Shown: positions 1 through 12,152, numbered from the whole stretch's first letter. The stretch is 63,515 bases of DNA, filler included, from an uncultured virus (IMG/VR IMGVR_UViG_2049941000_000851) (11 parts of one record of this genome joined end to end with filler, not necessarily neighbours in it), one strand, 5' to 3'. Notes: generated by a model from the sequence alone, not told the origin. Program-made: numbers and translations.

Positions 1-402
1 ATGACAGAAGAAAACAAAGCCATTATCGGAGAAATGCGCCTTCAGGGTGTTGGATATAAAACACTGGCAAAAATGACAGGCTTGAATGTCGGGACAATCA
101 AAACCTACTGCATCCGGCATAGACTTGGGCAAAATGCGCGATTTGATAAATTCGAGACATTGCAGGCAAAGCGGTGTGATAACTGCGGCTGCTCCTTGGC
201 GGTATATCCAGGACGAAAAGTCCCAAGGTTCTGCTGCGATGCATGCAGGAATCAATGGTGGAATAAGCATGCCAAAGAAGCTGAACGGGAGAGCATGACC
301 AAATATGAATGCCCGACATGTGGTAAAATGTTCCGTGCATATGAAAAGAGACAGCGTAAGTATTGCTGTCACAGTTGCTACATTGCAGCACGATTCGGAT
401 AG
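1..402 (+). CDS. HTH plus zinc-ribbon protein of the type found near serine recombinases in Clostridia prophages/ICEs
   Basis: N-terminal HTH (GYKTLAKMTGLNVGTIKTYC) and CxxC clusters (CDNCG, FCCDACRNQWW, CPTCG, YCCHSCY). Confidence 0.6.
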   Translation: MTEENKAIIGEMRLQGVGYKTLAKMTGLNVGTIKTYCIRHRLGQNARFDKFETLQAKRCDNCGCSLAVYPGRKVPRFCCDACRNQWWNKHAKEAERESMTKYECPTCGKMFRAYEKRQRKYCCHSCYIAARFG

Positions 403-470
403 TAAAAAAGCCCGACGGTTTCATCGCCGCCGGGCCAGTCTTTCGTTATCTGAGCAGGAANNNNNNNNNN

Positions 471-1025
471 CACTCCGCAGGTACAAACTTCACATCTACC
501 TGCACCTTCTGCCCCGGATACTCCGCCCTCTGATACGGCTTATTCTTCCGGGGTTTTCGCCTCTTGTTCCCTTTCTCTGCTTTCAGTCTGGAGACGATTC
601 TCTTGGACCCGCCGTAACTGCGCCTGTATCCATGCTTCTCCAGCATCTCTTGGTACACCAGTATCAGGTCTTCCCACCGATGCTTCTTCGCCAGCCGCCG
701 GATCTGTTGTATCTCTTCCGGTGTGTGTGCACGCGGCGATCTGTGCGACCGCCGGCTTCTGTCCGTCAGACTTTGCCATGTCCCGTCGTACCGCTTCAGC
801 AACTTGTACAGCGTCTTGCGGCTGATCCCGTACCGTATCGCTGCCTCCGTCACATTCCCGTGCTTTCGATAATACTCCAAAACCCGTTGACGCGCATGCG
901 CCTCTTGTGCTATCCTGTTCATGCAGAGAACCTCCTTCGTGATAGCTTTGGTGTGGTAACCTTATTCTATCACTTGGCTCTCTCTTTTTTTCCTCTACCT
1001 GCTACCTTTCTATGGTACCAAAACA
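471..1025 (-). mobile_element. IS481-like insertion sequence, left end and transposase N-terminus (ORF starts 922, cut by gap)
   Basis: HTH (AAIRYGISRKTLYK), DRSRRSHRSP, start of rve core PGQKVQVDVKFVP; candidate 5'-TGT end at 1025. Confidence 0.7.
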
Positions 1026-1164
1026 GTGAACAGCCCCCTAATATATATCGTTTCTGTTTGCTATTCTCGGATATTTACAATATCGTAATTCTGTACGCGT
1101 AAACAGAGGAATAAACCAACTATATTATCATGGCTGGATTATGTGAGGCTTTTCCAAATTATGC

Positions 1165-3230
1165 TTACTGGGGACCGGGCTGTTCCATCTGGGCGCGTAT
1201 GCTTTTGATCGTCCTGAGCAAAAAGACGATGCTGGCCGCGAGGGACACCACCTCCGCCACCGGGAAGGAGATCCACACGGCGTCCAGGCCCCACAGGCGG
1301 CCAAACAGCCACGCCGCGGGCAGGAGCACCAGCAGCTGGCGGAAGATGGATACCAGCATGGAGTGGGCGGGATTGCCCACTGCCTGGAACACGGAGCCCA
1401 CGATGATGCAGAAGCCCGCCACGGGGAAGGTGGCCGCGATGATGCGCAGGCCAACCCTGCCGATGGAGAGCAGGTCGTCGCTGGCCTGGAACTGCNNNNN
1501 NNNNNNNNNNNNNNNNNNNNNNNNNNNNNNNNNNNNNNNNNNNNNNNNNNNNNNNNNNNNNNNNNNNNNNNNNNNNNNNNNNNNNNNNNNNNNNNNNNNN
1601 NNNNNNNNNNNNNNNNNNNNNNNNNNNNNNNNNNNNNNNNNNNNNNNNNNNNNNNNNNNNNNNNNNNNNNNNNNNNNNNNNNNNNNNNNNNNNNNNNNNN
1701 NNNNNNNNNNNNNNNNNNNNNNNNNNNNNNNNNNNNNNNNNNNNNNNNNNNNNNNNNNNNNNNNNNNNNNNNNNNNNNNNNNNNNNNNNNNNNNNNNNNN
1801 NNNNNNNNNNNNNNNNNNNNNNNNNNNNNNNNNNNNNNNNNNNNNNNNNNNNNNNNNNNNNNNNNNNNNNNNNNNNNNNNNNNNNNNNNNNNNNNNNNNN
1901 NNNNNNNNNNNNNNNNNNNNNNNNNNNNNNNNNNNNNNNNNNNNNNNNNNNNNNNNNNNNNNNNNNNNNNNNNNNNNNNNNNNNNNNNNNNNNNNNNNNN
2001 NNNNNNNNNNNNNNNNNNNNNNNNNNNNNNNNNNNNNNNNNNNNNNNNNNNNNNNNNNNNNNNNNNNNNNNNNNNNNNNNNNNNNNNNNNNNNNNNNNNN
2101 NNNNNNNNNNNNNNNNNNNNNNNNNNNNNNNNNNNNNNNNNNNNNNNNNNNNNNNNNNNNNNNNNNNNNNNNNNNNNNNNNNNNNNNNNNNNNNNNNNNN
2201 NNNNNNNNNNNNNNNNNNNNNNNNNAGCGCCGTAGTTGTAGGAAATAATGGGCACCATGCCGCTGTTCAGGCCGAACACGGGCATGAAGATAAAGGACTG
2301 CAGCTTGTAGTATATGCCGAAAAACGCGGTGGCCGTGTCGGTAAAGGAGATCAGGATCAGGTTCATCAGGTAGTTCATCACCGAGCCCACGCACTGCATG
2401 ATGATGGAGGGCAGGCCGATCTTGTAGATCTGCTTTACCGTGGGGCCGTGCCAGCGCATCTTTTTCACGTCCAGGCGCACTTCCTTCACCTTTGCCAGCA
2501 CGAACACGAGGGCCAGGCCGCCGGCCACGAACTGGCCGGTCACCGTGGCTACCGCGGCGCCCGTGACCTCCAGGGCGGGAATGCCCAGGCTGTCCACGCC
2601 GAAGATGAACACGGGGTCCAGAATGATGTTGGTCACCGCGCCGCACACCTGGCACAGCATGGCCAGGCGGCTGCGGCCCGTGGCCGTGAGCATGCGCTCA
2701 AAGGTGGACTGCAGGAAAAAGCCCATGGAGAAGCACAGGCACACCGTGCAGTAGGAGGTGCCGTAATCGATGATCTTCTGCACGCGGGCTTCTTCGGCAA
2801 GGCGGGCCGCTTCGTCCGCGATGAGGGCCGCCGCCTTCAGGGACGGGCTGTTGATGGAACGGAAATAAAACCCGGAAAACATCAGGCCGATCACCGCGAA
2901 CACCAGGCTGGTGACCACGGACAGGAACACGCCGGTGTTGGCGCTTCTTTCCGCCTCCAGGGGCTGTTTGGCGCCCAGGTAGCGGCTCAGCATGGCGTTG
3001 GTGCCCACCGCCGTGCCGATACCCACGCCGATCATCAGCGTCTGCAGCGGAAATGCCAGGGATACGGCGTTGAGCGCTTCCTGGCTCAGGCGTGAAACGT
3101 ACAGGCTGTCCACCACGTTGTACAGGGCCTGCACCAGCATGGAGATCATCATGGGCAGGGCTGTGGCCATAAGCAGCGGGCCTATGGCGCGGGTGCCCAT
3201 CTCGTCCCGTCTGGCATTTTCCTTTTGCAT
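1165..3230 (-). CDS. MATE family efflux transporter (gapped)
   Basis: ALPMMISMLVQALYNVVDSLYVSRL, NIILDPVFIFG, PIISYNYGA motifs; GGAGG SD before ATG 3230. Confidence 0.9.
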
Positions 3231-3324
3231 ATCTTCCTCCGGAGCAAATGATGGCTGTATGATACACCCAAATTGAAATGTCCGTGAGAATAACAGATTA
3301 ATTATCGCTGACGCNNNNNNNNNN

Positions 3325-3546
3325 ACGACGTCCCTTGCAACGGTACAAGGCTGCCTGGACACCGGCGGTTATGCTGTGGCGAGTATGGGACCACCTTTTT
3401 GGACCTCAGGGGGTCACTTCATATGCATTTGGAAATACGACGGGGATTATATCTACGCAAATGATCCTGCGTCATCTAAACGCACTAAGCAGAAAATAAC
3501 CGATTTCATGAAGCAGCGTAAATGCTTCTTTTGTTTTTGGAGGTAG
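3325..3546 (+). CDS. C39-like peptidase (probable endolysin), C-terminal fragment
   Basis: Reads ASMGPPFWTSGGHFICIWKYDGDYIYANDPAS (GHF...NDP), directly upstream of holin. Confidence 0.65.
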   Translation, partial: TTSLATVQGCLDTGGYAVASMGPPFWTSGGHFICIWKYDGDYIYANDPASSKRTKQKITDFMKQRKCFFCFWR

Positions 3547-3552
3547 TTTTCT

Positions 3553-3978
3553 ATGAGAAACTTTTCTATCGACATCATCTGGGCAAAGATCCAGATCGCA
3601 ATCACCGCGCTGGGCGGCTGGCTCGGCTACTTCCTGGGCGGTATGGACGGCCTGCTGATCGCGCTGCTCGTTTTCGTGATCCTGGACTATGTGACCGGCG
3701 TCATGCGGGCAATAGCGGACCACGAACTGTCCAGTGCCATCGGCTTCAAAGGCATCTGCCGCAAAGTGCTCATTTTCGCGCTGGTGGGCGTGGGGCACGT
3801 GCTGGATACCCACGTAGTAGGCACCGGCTCAGCCCTTCGCTCCGCAGTCATCTGCTTCTACCTGAGCAACGAAGGAGTCAGCTTGTTGGAAAACGCGAGC
3901 CACCTTGGATTGCCAGTGCCGGATAAACTGAAAGCCATTCTCTCACAACTGCATAATAAGCAGGATCAAGACAAGTGA
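3553..3978 (+). CDS. Phage holin (toxin secretion/phage lysis holin family)
   Basis: GGWLGYFLGGMDGLL, LDYVTG, SSAIGFKGICRK, FYLSNEGVSLLEN, GLPVP. Confidence 0.9.
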   Translation: MRNFSIDIIWAKIQIAITALGGWLGYFLGGMDGLLIALLVFVILDYVTGVMRAIADHELSSAIGFKGICRKVLIFALVGVGHVLDTHVVGTGSALRSAVICFYLSNEGVSLLENASHLGLPVPDKLKAILSQLHNKQDQDK

Positions 3979-3984
3979 TCACAA

Positions 3985-4017
3985 TGGGCATCGTTTCGGC
4001 GGTGCCCAACTTTTTTA
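3985..4017 (+). terminator. Rho-independent terminator after holin
   Basis: TGGGCATCG-tttcgg-CGGTGCCCA hairpin followed by T run. Confidence 0.7.
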
Positions 4018-4073
4018 TACTCTTTTCTGAAAACCTCCTTTTTTGGCATTTCCCGTGGCTCAGCATTACGGCA

Positions 4074-4102
4074 TTGACAATTTCATAGTACACTATTATA
4101 AT
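4074..4102 (+). promoter_or_regulatory. Consensus sigma-A promoter of the Rrf2 gene
   Basis: TTGACA-17 nt-TATAAT. Confidence 0.8.
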
Positions 4103-4122
4103 AGACATAGAGGTGGTAAATA

Positions 4123-4572
4123 GTGCTTGTTTCGACCAAAGGGCGATATGCTACGCGGATGCTTATCGATATTGCTCTGAATCAGGCTGACGGATATGTT
4201 CCCATGAAGGATATAGCAAAGCGTCAGCAGATATCCAAGAAATACATGGAAGCGTTCACAGCACCGCTCGCGGCGGCGGGCATCCTTGCCATTCGCAGGG
4301 GAAAAGCAGGCGGCTACCGTTTAATGGTACCGCCCGAAAAAATCTGCTTATGGGATATCATCTGCATGACCGATGGGCCAATCCACGCTGTCAGTTGTCT
4401 CGCCTGCGAGGAAAACCGCTGCGCGCGTCATGAGTTCTGTATTACGCTGCCCGCTTGGGAGGGACTGGATAAAGTTGTGAGAGAATACCTGCAATCCGTC
4501 ACACTGAAACAGCTGATCGACAAGGCAAAACCGCAGCCGGAGAACCTGCAGGATTATCCCTGCGGGGTATGA
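4123..4572 (+). CDS. Rrf2 family (IscR/CymR-like) regulator
   Basis: STKGRYA, ISKKYME, RGKAGGY and three Cys (CLAC...C...C). Confidence 0.9.
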   Translation: MLVSTKGRYATRMLIDIALNQADGYVPMKDIAKRQQISKKYMEAFTAPLAAAGILAIRRGKAGGYRLMVPPEKICLWDIICMTDGPIHAVSCLACEENRCARHEFCITLPAWEGLDKVVREYLQSVTLKQLIDKAKPQPENLQDYPCGV

Positions 4573-4651
4573 TGCATACCGCTGAGTAAAGATGGAGCCT
4601 GCCGTTTTGAATGATGGCGGGCTCCTGTCTTATTTTCTGCGGCTACAGCGG

Positions 4652-5012
4652 TCAGTCTGATTTCTGCGGCAGTTTGCATGTTCTCTTCATCGCAACCGAA
4701 CAGGCGATGTCACCCAATACATTGCAGCAGGTAGCGCCGGCATCCACCAGTATGTTCACACTCACGTACATGCCCATGATCCCGGCAGGCAAACCGGCTA
4801 TGGCCGCAAGTGCGGCAAAAGAGGCGATCGCGCTGTTTGGCACACCCGGAGCGCCTATGCTCAAAAGCGTATTGCTCAGCAGTACAACAGCAAGCAATCC
4901 ATAGGACAGTTCCGTGCCGGTCGCATTGGCGAAGAAAACCACCATAAACGACATGACGATGGACACCGCATCCATGTTGATCGTAGCGCCGAGCGGCAGT
5001 GCGAGGGAGGAG
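4652..5012 (-). CDS. Dicarboxylate/amino acid:cation symporter, C-terminal fragment
   Basis: PLGATINMD, SIGAPGVP, TCCNVLGD. Confidence 0.8.
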
Positions 5013-5022
5013 NNNNNNNNNN

Positions 5023-5466
5023 GAATCTGAACCAGGCCATAACACAGTCTGACAATTCAAAGCTCAAGCCCATCGAACAGGCGCGCAGATACGTTCACGC
5101 CTTGCTGGACGAAAAGGGGCGCGACGCGGTGCCGCGGTGGGTTGTGCTTTGCAATTTTGAAGAATTCCATATCTACGATCTCGACACACCACGGAATGAA
5201 CCGGTGAAGGTACTGCTGAAAGACCTGCCGGATAAATACTATATGCTGGAATTCCTCGTGAAGAAGAAGACAATCATTCAAGAGGAAGAAGAAATATCCT
5301 TCCAGGCAGGCGCGATCGTGGGCAAGCTGTACGACGCCTTCCTGAAGGAGTACAAAGATCCCACGGACGAGCACAGCTTAAAGAGTCTCAACGCCCTGTG
5401 CGTGCGCCTCGTGTTCTGCCTCTACGCGGAGGACGCGGGCGTATTCGGCGGGCACTTGATGTTCCA
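5023..5466 (+). CDS. MmeI-like type IIL restriction-modification enzyme fragment
   Basis: PRWVVLCNFEEFHIYDLD and LCVRLVFCLYAEDAG. Confidence 0.7.
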
Positions 5467-5476
5467 NNNNNNNNNN

Positions 5477-5840
5477 CCAGTACGACTTCTGAGTCGGAAT
5501 ACATTCTGCCGCCCGCATCAACATAATACAGTTTTCTGAAACCCTGCAGCGACCTGGACAGATAGTTCTTCAGTGTTTTTCCGACAGCATCCCTGTCGCC
5601 GCTGTTCAATTCCTGCACATAGCTCAGCTGAATGATTGCATTCTTGTACTCCTGCAAAAGGGAATCGATCGCATCAGAAGCGTTTCTTGAAAGCTCCTCA
5701 TACTCGACGCGCTGCTTCTCATAAAGGACGTTAAAATGCAGCCTCCCCTGTACGATCATCAGTCCAAACGCCATCAAAAGGCCTGCAATCAGAAATGCGG
5801 CCAGCAGCTTTATAACTACACTGTGTCTCAGATTACTCAT
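5477..5840 (-). CDS. Sensor histidine kinase N-terminal fragment (YesM-like)
   Basis: TM helix plus extracellular segment; overlaps stop of the AraC regulator. Confidence 0.5.
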
Positions 5841-6474
5841 TGCCGCGGCCTTTTATCCTGTATTTTTGCGGTGTGATTCCGTAGTACTGCGTAAAATACT
5901 GCGAGAAATAACGCACATTGACGAAGCCGCATCTTTCGGCTATCAGGTAGATTTTCATATTCGTAGTCCTGAGCAGCTGCGCGGCTGCCTTCAGACGCTC
6001 CGTCTGGATATACTGCTTAAGCCCCGTTCCCGTTTCCTGTTTGAAGTATGTGCTCAGATATGCCGGACTCAGCTCCACCACATCCGCCAGCGTCTTCAGT
6101 GTCAAGTCCTGATCCAGATGTCCATCGATGTATTTTTTTACGTCTTCAACGACGCGGTTCGTTTTTGCCACGCTCAGCTGCTCCGTAAGCAGCGCTGCCT
6201 TCAGTATTATTTCTATCTCGTGTATCGATCCGGCTCCTCTGATCTGTGCTGCCAGCCTTGAGGAAGCCCCCATAACTGCTTGCACGCAATCCGTAAGCGT
6301 CTGTTTAGCCGCTTCAGGTTTTATTCTTTTCTCAATACAAAGAGCGGCAAAATCCCCGGGAAACGTCTCCATATTGCCGTTAATAAAGTTTTCATACCAG
6401 GCTGCGATCTTTTCCTTTTCGGGATCTGAAAACGTCCCGCCGTATAGAAGCCCACTCAGGCGGTAGATGGCCGG
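5833..6474 (-). CDS. AraC-type response regulator C-terminal fragment
   Basis: LSPAYLSTYFKQETG ... IAERCGF ... YGITPQKYR. Confidence 0.85.
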   Translation of the reverse strand, partial: PAIYRLSGLLYGGTFSDPEKEKIAAWYENFINGNMETFPGDFAALCIEKRIKPEAAKQTLTDCVQAVMGASSRLAAQIRGAGSIHEIEIILKAALLTEQLSVAKTNRVVEDVKKYIDGHLDQDLTLKTLADVVELSPAYLSTYFKQETGTGLKQYIQTERLKAAAQLLRTTNMKIYLIAERCGFVNVRYFSQYFTQYYGITPQKYRIKGRGNE

Positions 6475-6484
6475 NNNNNNNNNN

Positions 6485-6924
6485 TCGGTGAGCAGTTCGG
6501 CTCCCGGGGTCAGCGCCAGGCAAGCGCTATCCTCGCTGAGGCGCGACAGCTCTTCGCGGGCGGCGAACTGTCCGACGATGACAAGCTGGCTTTCCTGACT
6601 GAGATGCAGCAGCTGTTCATTGATTCCAAGGTCAGGGCAAAAAAATACACACCGAAGAAGTTCCTGCATGAGGACGGTAACGAGTGAGAGATTGATTGAG
6701 TGAAGTGTTTTGAGTGGAGTGATGGATAAGTGATTGAAAGGATATTTGAGCAGGCGCAGCGTCTTCGGAAAAGACACAAAACATCCGACCCATATGAGCT
6801 TCTTGATGCTATGGGAGCCATTGTTGTGAAGAGCAATTCGTATCCCCGCGACGGGCTGCGAGGCTACTGCACGATCATGAACAAAAGCAAGTACGTTGTC
6901 ATTAACCAGAAACAGCCCACTGAA
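6485..6924 (+). CDS. XRE repressor C-terminus (to 6688) and ImmA/IrrE metallopeptidase N-terminus (6730-6924)
   Basis: ALFAGGELSDDDKLAFL...KKYTPKK, then HKTSDPYELL...LRGYC...VVIN; ImmR/ImmA-like arrangement. Confidence 0.6.
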
Positions 6925-7024
6925 NNNNNNNNNNNNNNNNNNNNNNNNNNNNNNNNNNNNNNNNNNNNTTAATTAATTAANNNNNNNNNNNNNNNNNNNN
7001 NNNNNNNNNNNNNNNNNNNNNNNN

Positions 7025-7327
7025 AGAGCGAACAATTGCCATCAAACCCGCTCCGGTACCCGAATCGACATAAGCAACTGCAGTGAGAATGCTTCTACAT
7101 GAGTCCTTAATGCTGTCATTATCGTTATAACTTATCATAATACCTATGCTTGAAAGGGCTTTTTCTAAGATTTCTCTTTCATGCAAATCGATATTTTTGA
7201 GTCTGTTCTCATGTTCTTCAATTCTCTTTAGTTTTAAATTTGTCCGATTATTTACTACTGCAGTAATAACCGGTGCAATGATAGCTGCAAGTGCAGTAAT
7301 CAAAGATATAATCACAATGGTTTCCAT
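7025..7327 (-). CDS. Hypothetical membrane-anchored protein downstream of hsdS (truncated)
   Basis: N-terminal hydrophobic helix, AGGAGG SD. Confidence 0.5.
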
Positions 7328-7357
7328 GTTTTTCCTCCTGAACTGTTGCTTATAATC

Positions 7358-8515
7358 TCAGCCGAAGTATTGCTGCATTAGACTTTCGAACAATAATTTT
7401 GCTTTATCCAGTGCCTGCTGCACGACAACTTTTGATTTGTCGACCTGGGAAACGAAGATGGCGAACTGGTTTTGTTGCTCCTTTGGAGGCATCAAAACCT
7501 TCGCTTTCTTTATTTCACCAAGGTGTAAATTCGGAACGCCAATCCCTTTGAGACTGGCGTCAAATTGTCTTTTCGTCTCGGCTGAATTTATAGCTGCCCA
7601 TAGATATACTGGATGAACATCAATCGGCCTCAATAAAGCCAGACTGACGTAGATGTCAAACACATCATCTGTGTCCACAATTGCAGCTATACCAGTCGTC
7701 CCATTTTTTGCAAGAAGTATATCTCCCATCCTTGGCGCTATTCGAGCATACAGCTCATCATGAAGCGCTTTAGGGATATACTTGAGATGATGCCAGTCAA
7801 TTCTCCCGGAAGTAACATCCTTTGACGACAAGAACTTAAATCCGTTTATGGTGTCTTCGGTATATTCAGGTGTTTGATGCGTCCCATCCTTAATCTGTTC
7901 ACATACGTCCTGTAGACAAACTATCGGGAATCCTAACGGATTATTGTCAATAGTACCAAACATCTCGACAAATCGGGCTTTGATGAGGGTGTCGAGGGTG
8001 CGAAGTTGATTTTGCCTTACTTCTATAATTCTGCTTATCCTATCCAACAACTCCACGATTCTTGTTTGTTTGCCTATGTCATCCTCTATCTCAAGCTCAA
8101 TATCACCGAACTGTGTCTTGTTGATTATTGGGACTACTGGTGCATTGGCAACTGCCGTTAATCGTGGTTTCGCATACAAAATCGCGTACGCAAGATATCT
8201 GGGATTTACTTTTTCATTGGGAACAATTACATTTATCTGCTGGTTAAATGCATATTCTCCTGACGATGCAATGCCGATTTTACCAATACTTCCAATGCAC
8301 GTGACAAATATCGAGTCTTCCCCAACTACTCGGGCCTTTGATCTTGCAAACTCAGAGATATGCTCGTTTGTTTCGGCTATCACGGTGATTCCATAATCAG
8401 CAATTATATCTGGTTTAACAAAGCAAATGTCAGGAGAATCCCAGTATTCTTCGATTCCTTTACTGGGAGTATTTCCTGTTATAATTCTTCCCATTCTTTT
8501 CAAGGTTGTTCTCAT
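7358..8515 (-). CDS. hsdS: Type I R-M specificity subunit
   Basis: Two TRDs (TGNTPSK, GSIGK, NQQI; DGTHQTP, KNGTTG) with spacer ARFVEMFG and end SLMQQYFG. Confidence 0.92.
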   Translation of the reverse strand: MRTTLKRMGRIITGNTPSKGIEEYWDSPDICFVKPDIIADYGITVIAETNEHISEFARSKARVVGEDSIFVTCIGSIGKIGIASSGEYAFNQQINVIVPNEKVNPRYLAYAILYAKPRLTAVANAPVVPIINKTQFGDIELEIEDDIGKQTRIVELLDRISRIIEVRQNQLRTLDTLIKARFVEMFGTIDNNPLGFPIVCLQDVCEQIKDGTHQTPEYTEDTINGFKFLSSKDVTSGRIDWHHLKYIPKALHDELYARIAPRMGDILLAKNGTTGIAAIVDTDDVFDIYVSLALLRPIDVHPVYLWAAINSAETKRQFDASLKGIGVPNLHLGEIKKAKVLMPPKEQQNQFAIFVSQVDKSKVVVQQALDKAKLLFESLMQQYFG

Positions 8516-8539
8516 CCCAACATCCCCACAAATCCGAAT

Positions 8540-11213
8540 TTACAGCCCAAGCAATTCCCGCAGGGCATCCATTTCAGCGCTGATCTCCATTTCCAACTCG
8601 TCCAGCTTCGCCATGATTTCACTGGTGGGCGGATACTCCACAGCTACATACTCCGTCTGTTTGTACTTGTTGATGGAAAGATCATAGTCATTAGCGACGA
8701 TCTCGTCTTTCGGTACAAAGAAGCTCTGGTCTGTGCGCTTGCGTTCCTGCTCACCGTCTAGTGCATGGAATCGCGCGATGATATCTGGGATATCGTTTTC
8801 TTTGGTCTCGCTGCGCTTGTCGTCCAAACTGTAGCCGTCGGCTTTCATATCGTAGAACCACACTTTGTCTGTACCGCCGTGGCCTGTTTTAGTGAAGATC
8901 AGTACGGCGGTGGACACGCCGGCGTAGGGCTTAAACACGCCGGAGGGCATGGAAATAACAGCCTCTAAACGGTTGCTCTCGATGAGTTCTTTGCGGATGG
9001 CTTTATGTGCTGTGGAGGAGCCGAACAGCACGCCGTCCGGAACGATGCAGGCGCAGCGCCCGCCCACCTTGAGCATTCTTAAGAACAGCGCCAGGAACAG
9101 CAGTTCGGTCTTTCTGGTTTTGCAGACCTTCAGCAGATCGATGGAGACGATGTCCACATCGAGACTGCCTTTGAAGGGCGGATTGGCCAGGATCAGGGAG
9201 TACTTATCCTTGTCCGGGTTCTGATCGGAGAGGCTGTCCCGGTACTCGATGAAGGGATTGTCCACGCCGTGGGTCATCATGTTCATGGCCCCGATGCGCA
9301 GCATGGTACGGTCCATGTCGTAGCCGTGGAACATGTGGTTCATATAGTGGTCCTTGTTCTGGCGGTTGAAGAAGACTTCCTGTTTGCGGTTCTCCTTCAG
9401 GTAGTCGCTGACCGCCACAAGGAAGCCGGAGGTGCCGCAGGCCGGATCGCAGACGATCTCGTCCGCCTTGGGCTCCATCATGTCCANNNNNNNNNNNNNN
9501 NNNNNNNNNNNNNNNNNNNNNNNNNNNNNNNNNNNNNNNNNNNNNNNNNNNNNNNNNNNNNNNNNNNNNNNNNNNNNNNNNNNNNNNNNNNNNNNNNNNN
9601 NNNNNNNNNNNNNNNNNNNNNNNNNNNNNNNNNNNNNNNNNNNNNNNNNNNNNNNNNNNNNNNNNNNNNNNNNNNNNNNNNNNNNNNNNNNNNNNNNNNN
9701 NNNNNNNNNNNNNNNNNNNNNNNNNNNNNNNNNNNNNNNNNNNNNNNNNNNNNNNNNNNNNNNNNNNNNNNNNNNNNNNNNNNNNNNNNNNNNNNNNNNN
9801 NNNNNNNNNNNNNNNNNNNNNNNNNNNNNNNNNNNNNNNNNNNNNNNNNNNNNNNNNNNNNNNNNNNNNNNNNNNNNNNNNATCCATGTCGTAGCCGTGG
9901 AACATATGGTTCATATAATGATCCTTGTTCTGACGGTTGAAGAAAACTTCCTGCTTACGATTCTCCTTCAGATAATCGCTGACCGCGATAAGGAAGCCCG
10001 ATGTGCCGCAGGCCGGATCGCATACGACGTCGTCCGCTTTCGGCTCCATCATATCCACCATCATGCGGATGATGTGGCGGGGCGNNNNNNNNNNAGGTAT
10101 TCATAGACATCGCCGCGGGTGTCTGCCGCTTTGAGCTGCGCCATCTGTTCATAAATGCCGTCCATTGCCGTGACGATCTTGTCCAGCATCAGGGGCGTCG
10201 GAATCTTGAATATAGCGTCGCCCATGTACTTGGAGTAAGCGCTTTCCTTGTCGCCGTGCAGGTTTTTAATGAACGGGAATACCCATTCCTGCACTGTACT
10301 GTACATCTTCGCGGCGGGAAAATCATGGAACACACTCCATTTGAGCTGGCTGCAGTCGATTGTGCGGTCACCGATCTGTACTTCTTTGGCAAAAACGCTC
10401 TCGTAAGGTAAGCCGAGCATGGCGGCTTCCTTAGCCCTGGTGTTGTCGGAATCATCCAAGTCGTGGATGAACATGAGATAGGTCNNNNNNNNNNCACGGT
10501 ACCCGGCAATCTCTCGTTCGCTGCGACCCTTTGGGGTCGTTTTATTCATCACGATCTTCTTCAGCCGGTCATCAGTGGTAATGATTCCTTCAATACGGTT
10601 GGACGCCTCTGTGCTCTGGATTTTAGCTATTTCCAACAGCTCTGCGAGGGCATCTTTCTGCGCTTCCATAAACAAGTTTTGCTGGCCTTTCTGTTCATGG
10701 ATCTGCGCCAGATAGGATACGATCTCAGGTGTCAGCAGTTCCCTGTATTCCGTTTTGTAGTTAATCGTTCTCATCAGATTTCACCTTTATGAGCGGGGCA
10801 TAGTCACTGCGCTCCATTTTTACATGGTTACATAATACCACAGTGATCGCCAAAAGTCAAGTCAAGATAGCCATATAACTTCAAAATGGCTATCTTGAAC
10901 CACAGATTGGCGATAANNNNNNNNNNAAGATATGTCAGCGTTTGCACGAGCTTTCGGTAGATCTTGCTGGGGATCTCCGCCATCGCCACAGCGAAAAACA
11001 CTGCTGCGGGCGTAGTAATGGCCATTTTCAGAAGGCTGATGATCAGGGTGTTTTTGAGCACTCGCACGCAATACGGTGACTTGAAGAACTGCTCGAAGTA
11101 TTTGTACCATGGATGTTCATGGTCTNNNNNNNNNNGAGAGGATTGGTCAGACCACCGGTCCAGAAAACCTCCCAAAGGCTGTCGATTTTGCTTCTCAATT
11201 CGCCTGTTACCAT
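8540..11213 (-). CDS. hsdM: Type I R-M methyltransferase, split over several contigs with two alleles of one segment
   Basis: Start [14 protein letters not shown] (11213), [15 protein letters not shown]; 9881-10084 repeats 9310-9486 with substitutions. Confidence 0.9.
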
Positions 11214-11963
11214 GTTTCTACTCCTTATCCCAATTCCATGTATAGGAGGTATAGCGTCCTCCACTGATCTTGATGATCTCGCCGCTGTTCATTAGCTCTG
11301 TCAATGCTCGCTCCACTGTTCGTTGACTGATGTCCGGGCACTGCTTCATGATCTCATTTTTCGTGATCCGGCCGGTCGTACTGCGGATGAGCTCGCGCAC
11401 CCGTCCGGGTTTGGAAAGCCCCCTCGTGATCAAAACATCCACTCTGGATGCGAACTCACGGTAAGCAGCGATCACGATGCCGAGCATATAACGGACGAAG
11501 GGCAGATAATCGTTTTTACCTTCATGCCATCCTGTGGAACTATCCTGCAAAACATCATAGTAAGTTTCTTTGCTGTCAGCAATCAGCCGTTCGAGACTGA
11601 TGTATTTACCGACAAAGTATCCGGAACGGTACAACAACAGAAGCGTAAGCAGTCGGCTCATGCGCCCATTCCTGTCGTTAGATCGGAAGAGCGGTTCAGC
11701 AGGAATGCCGAGACCGATCTCNNNNNNNNNNTTCCTGAAAAGCGTTGCACAAAGATTCTATCGCTTCGGCTGTTTCCCACGCGGGAACAGGCTGGAACCG
11801 GACCCTTTTTGTTCCGTCCGGCAATTCTTCCGCAATGATGTTGTCGGAATTCTTGAAGTTGCCCCCGATCGAAGAGTTGCTGAATTTATACAGATCCCTA
11901 TGCAGCTGTAATATCATACCAGGTCTTATTCGGATAAAGTCATAGTCTTCGTGAATTGTATTC
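10495..11963 (-). CDS. Fic-domain protein upstream of hsdM (pieces 10495-10774, 11732-11963, 11218-11679)
   Basis: [19 protein letters not shown]-terminal HTH; stop 4 nt before the hsdM start on one contig. Confidence 0.8.
10927..11125 (-). CDS. Sugar ABC permease fragment (unrelated contig)
   Basis: [13 protein letters not shown]...[11 protein letters not shown]. Confidence 0.65.
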
Positions 11964-12152
11964 NNNNNNNNNNNNNNNNNNNNNNNNNNNNNNNNNNNNN
12001 NNNNNNNNNNNNNNNNNNNNNNNNNNNNNNNNNNNNNNNNNNNNNNNNNNNNNNNNNNNNNNNNNNNNNNNNNNNNNNNNNNNNNNNNNNNNNNNNNNNN
12101 NNNNNNNNNNNNNNNNNNNNNNNNNNNNNNNNNNNNNNNNNNNNNNNNNNNN

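Noticed and set aside
11680..11721. AGATCGGAAGAGCGGTTCAGCAGGAATGCCGAGACCGATCTC inside the Fic gene
   Set aside because: Illumina paired-end adapter read-through.
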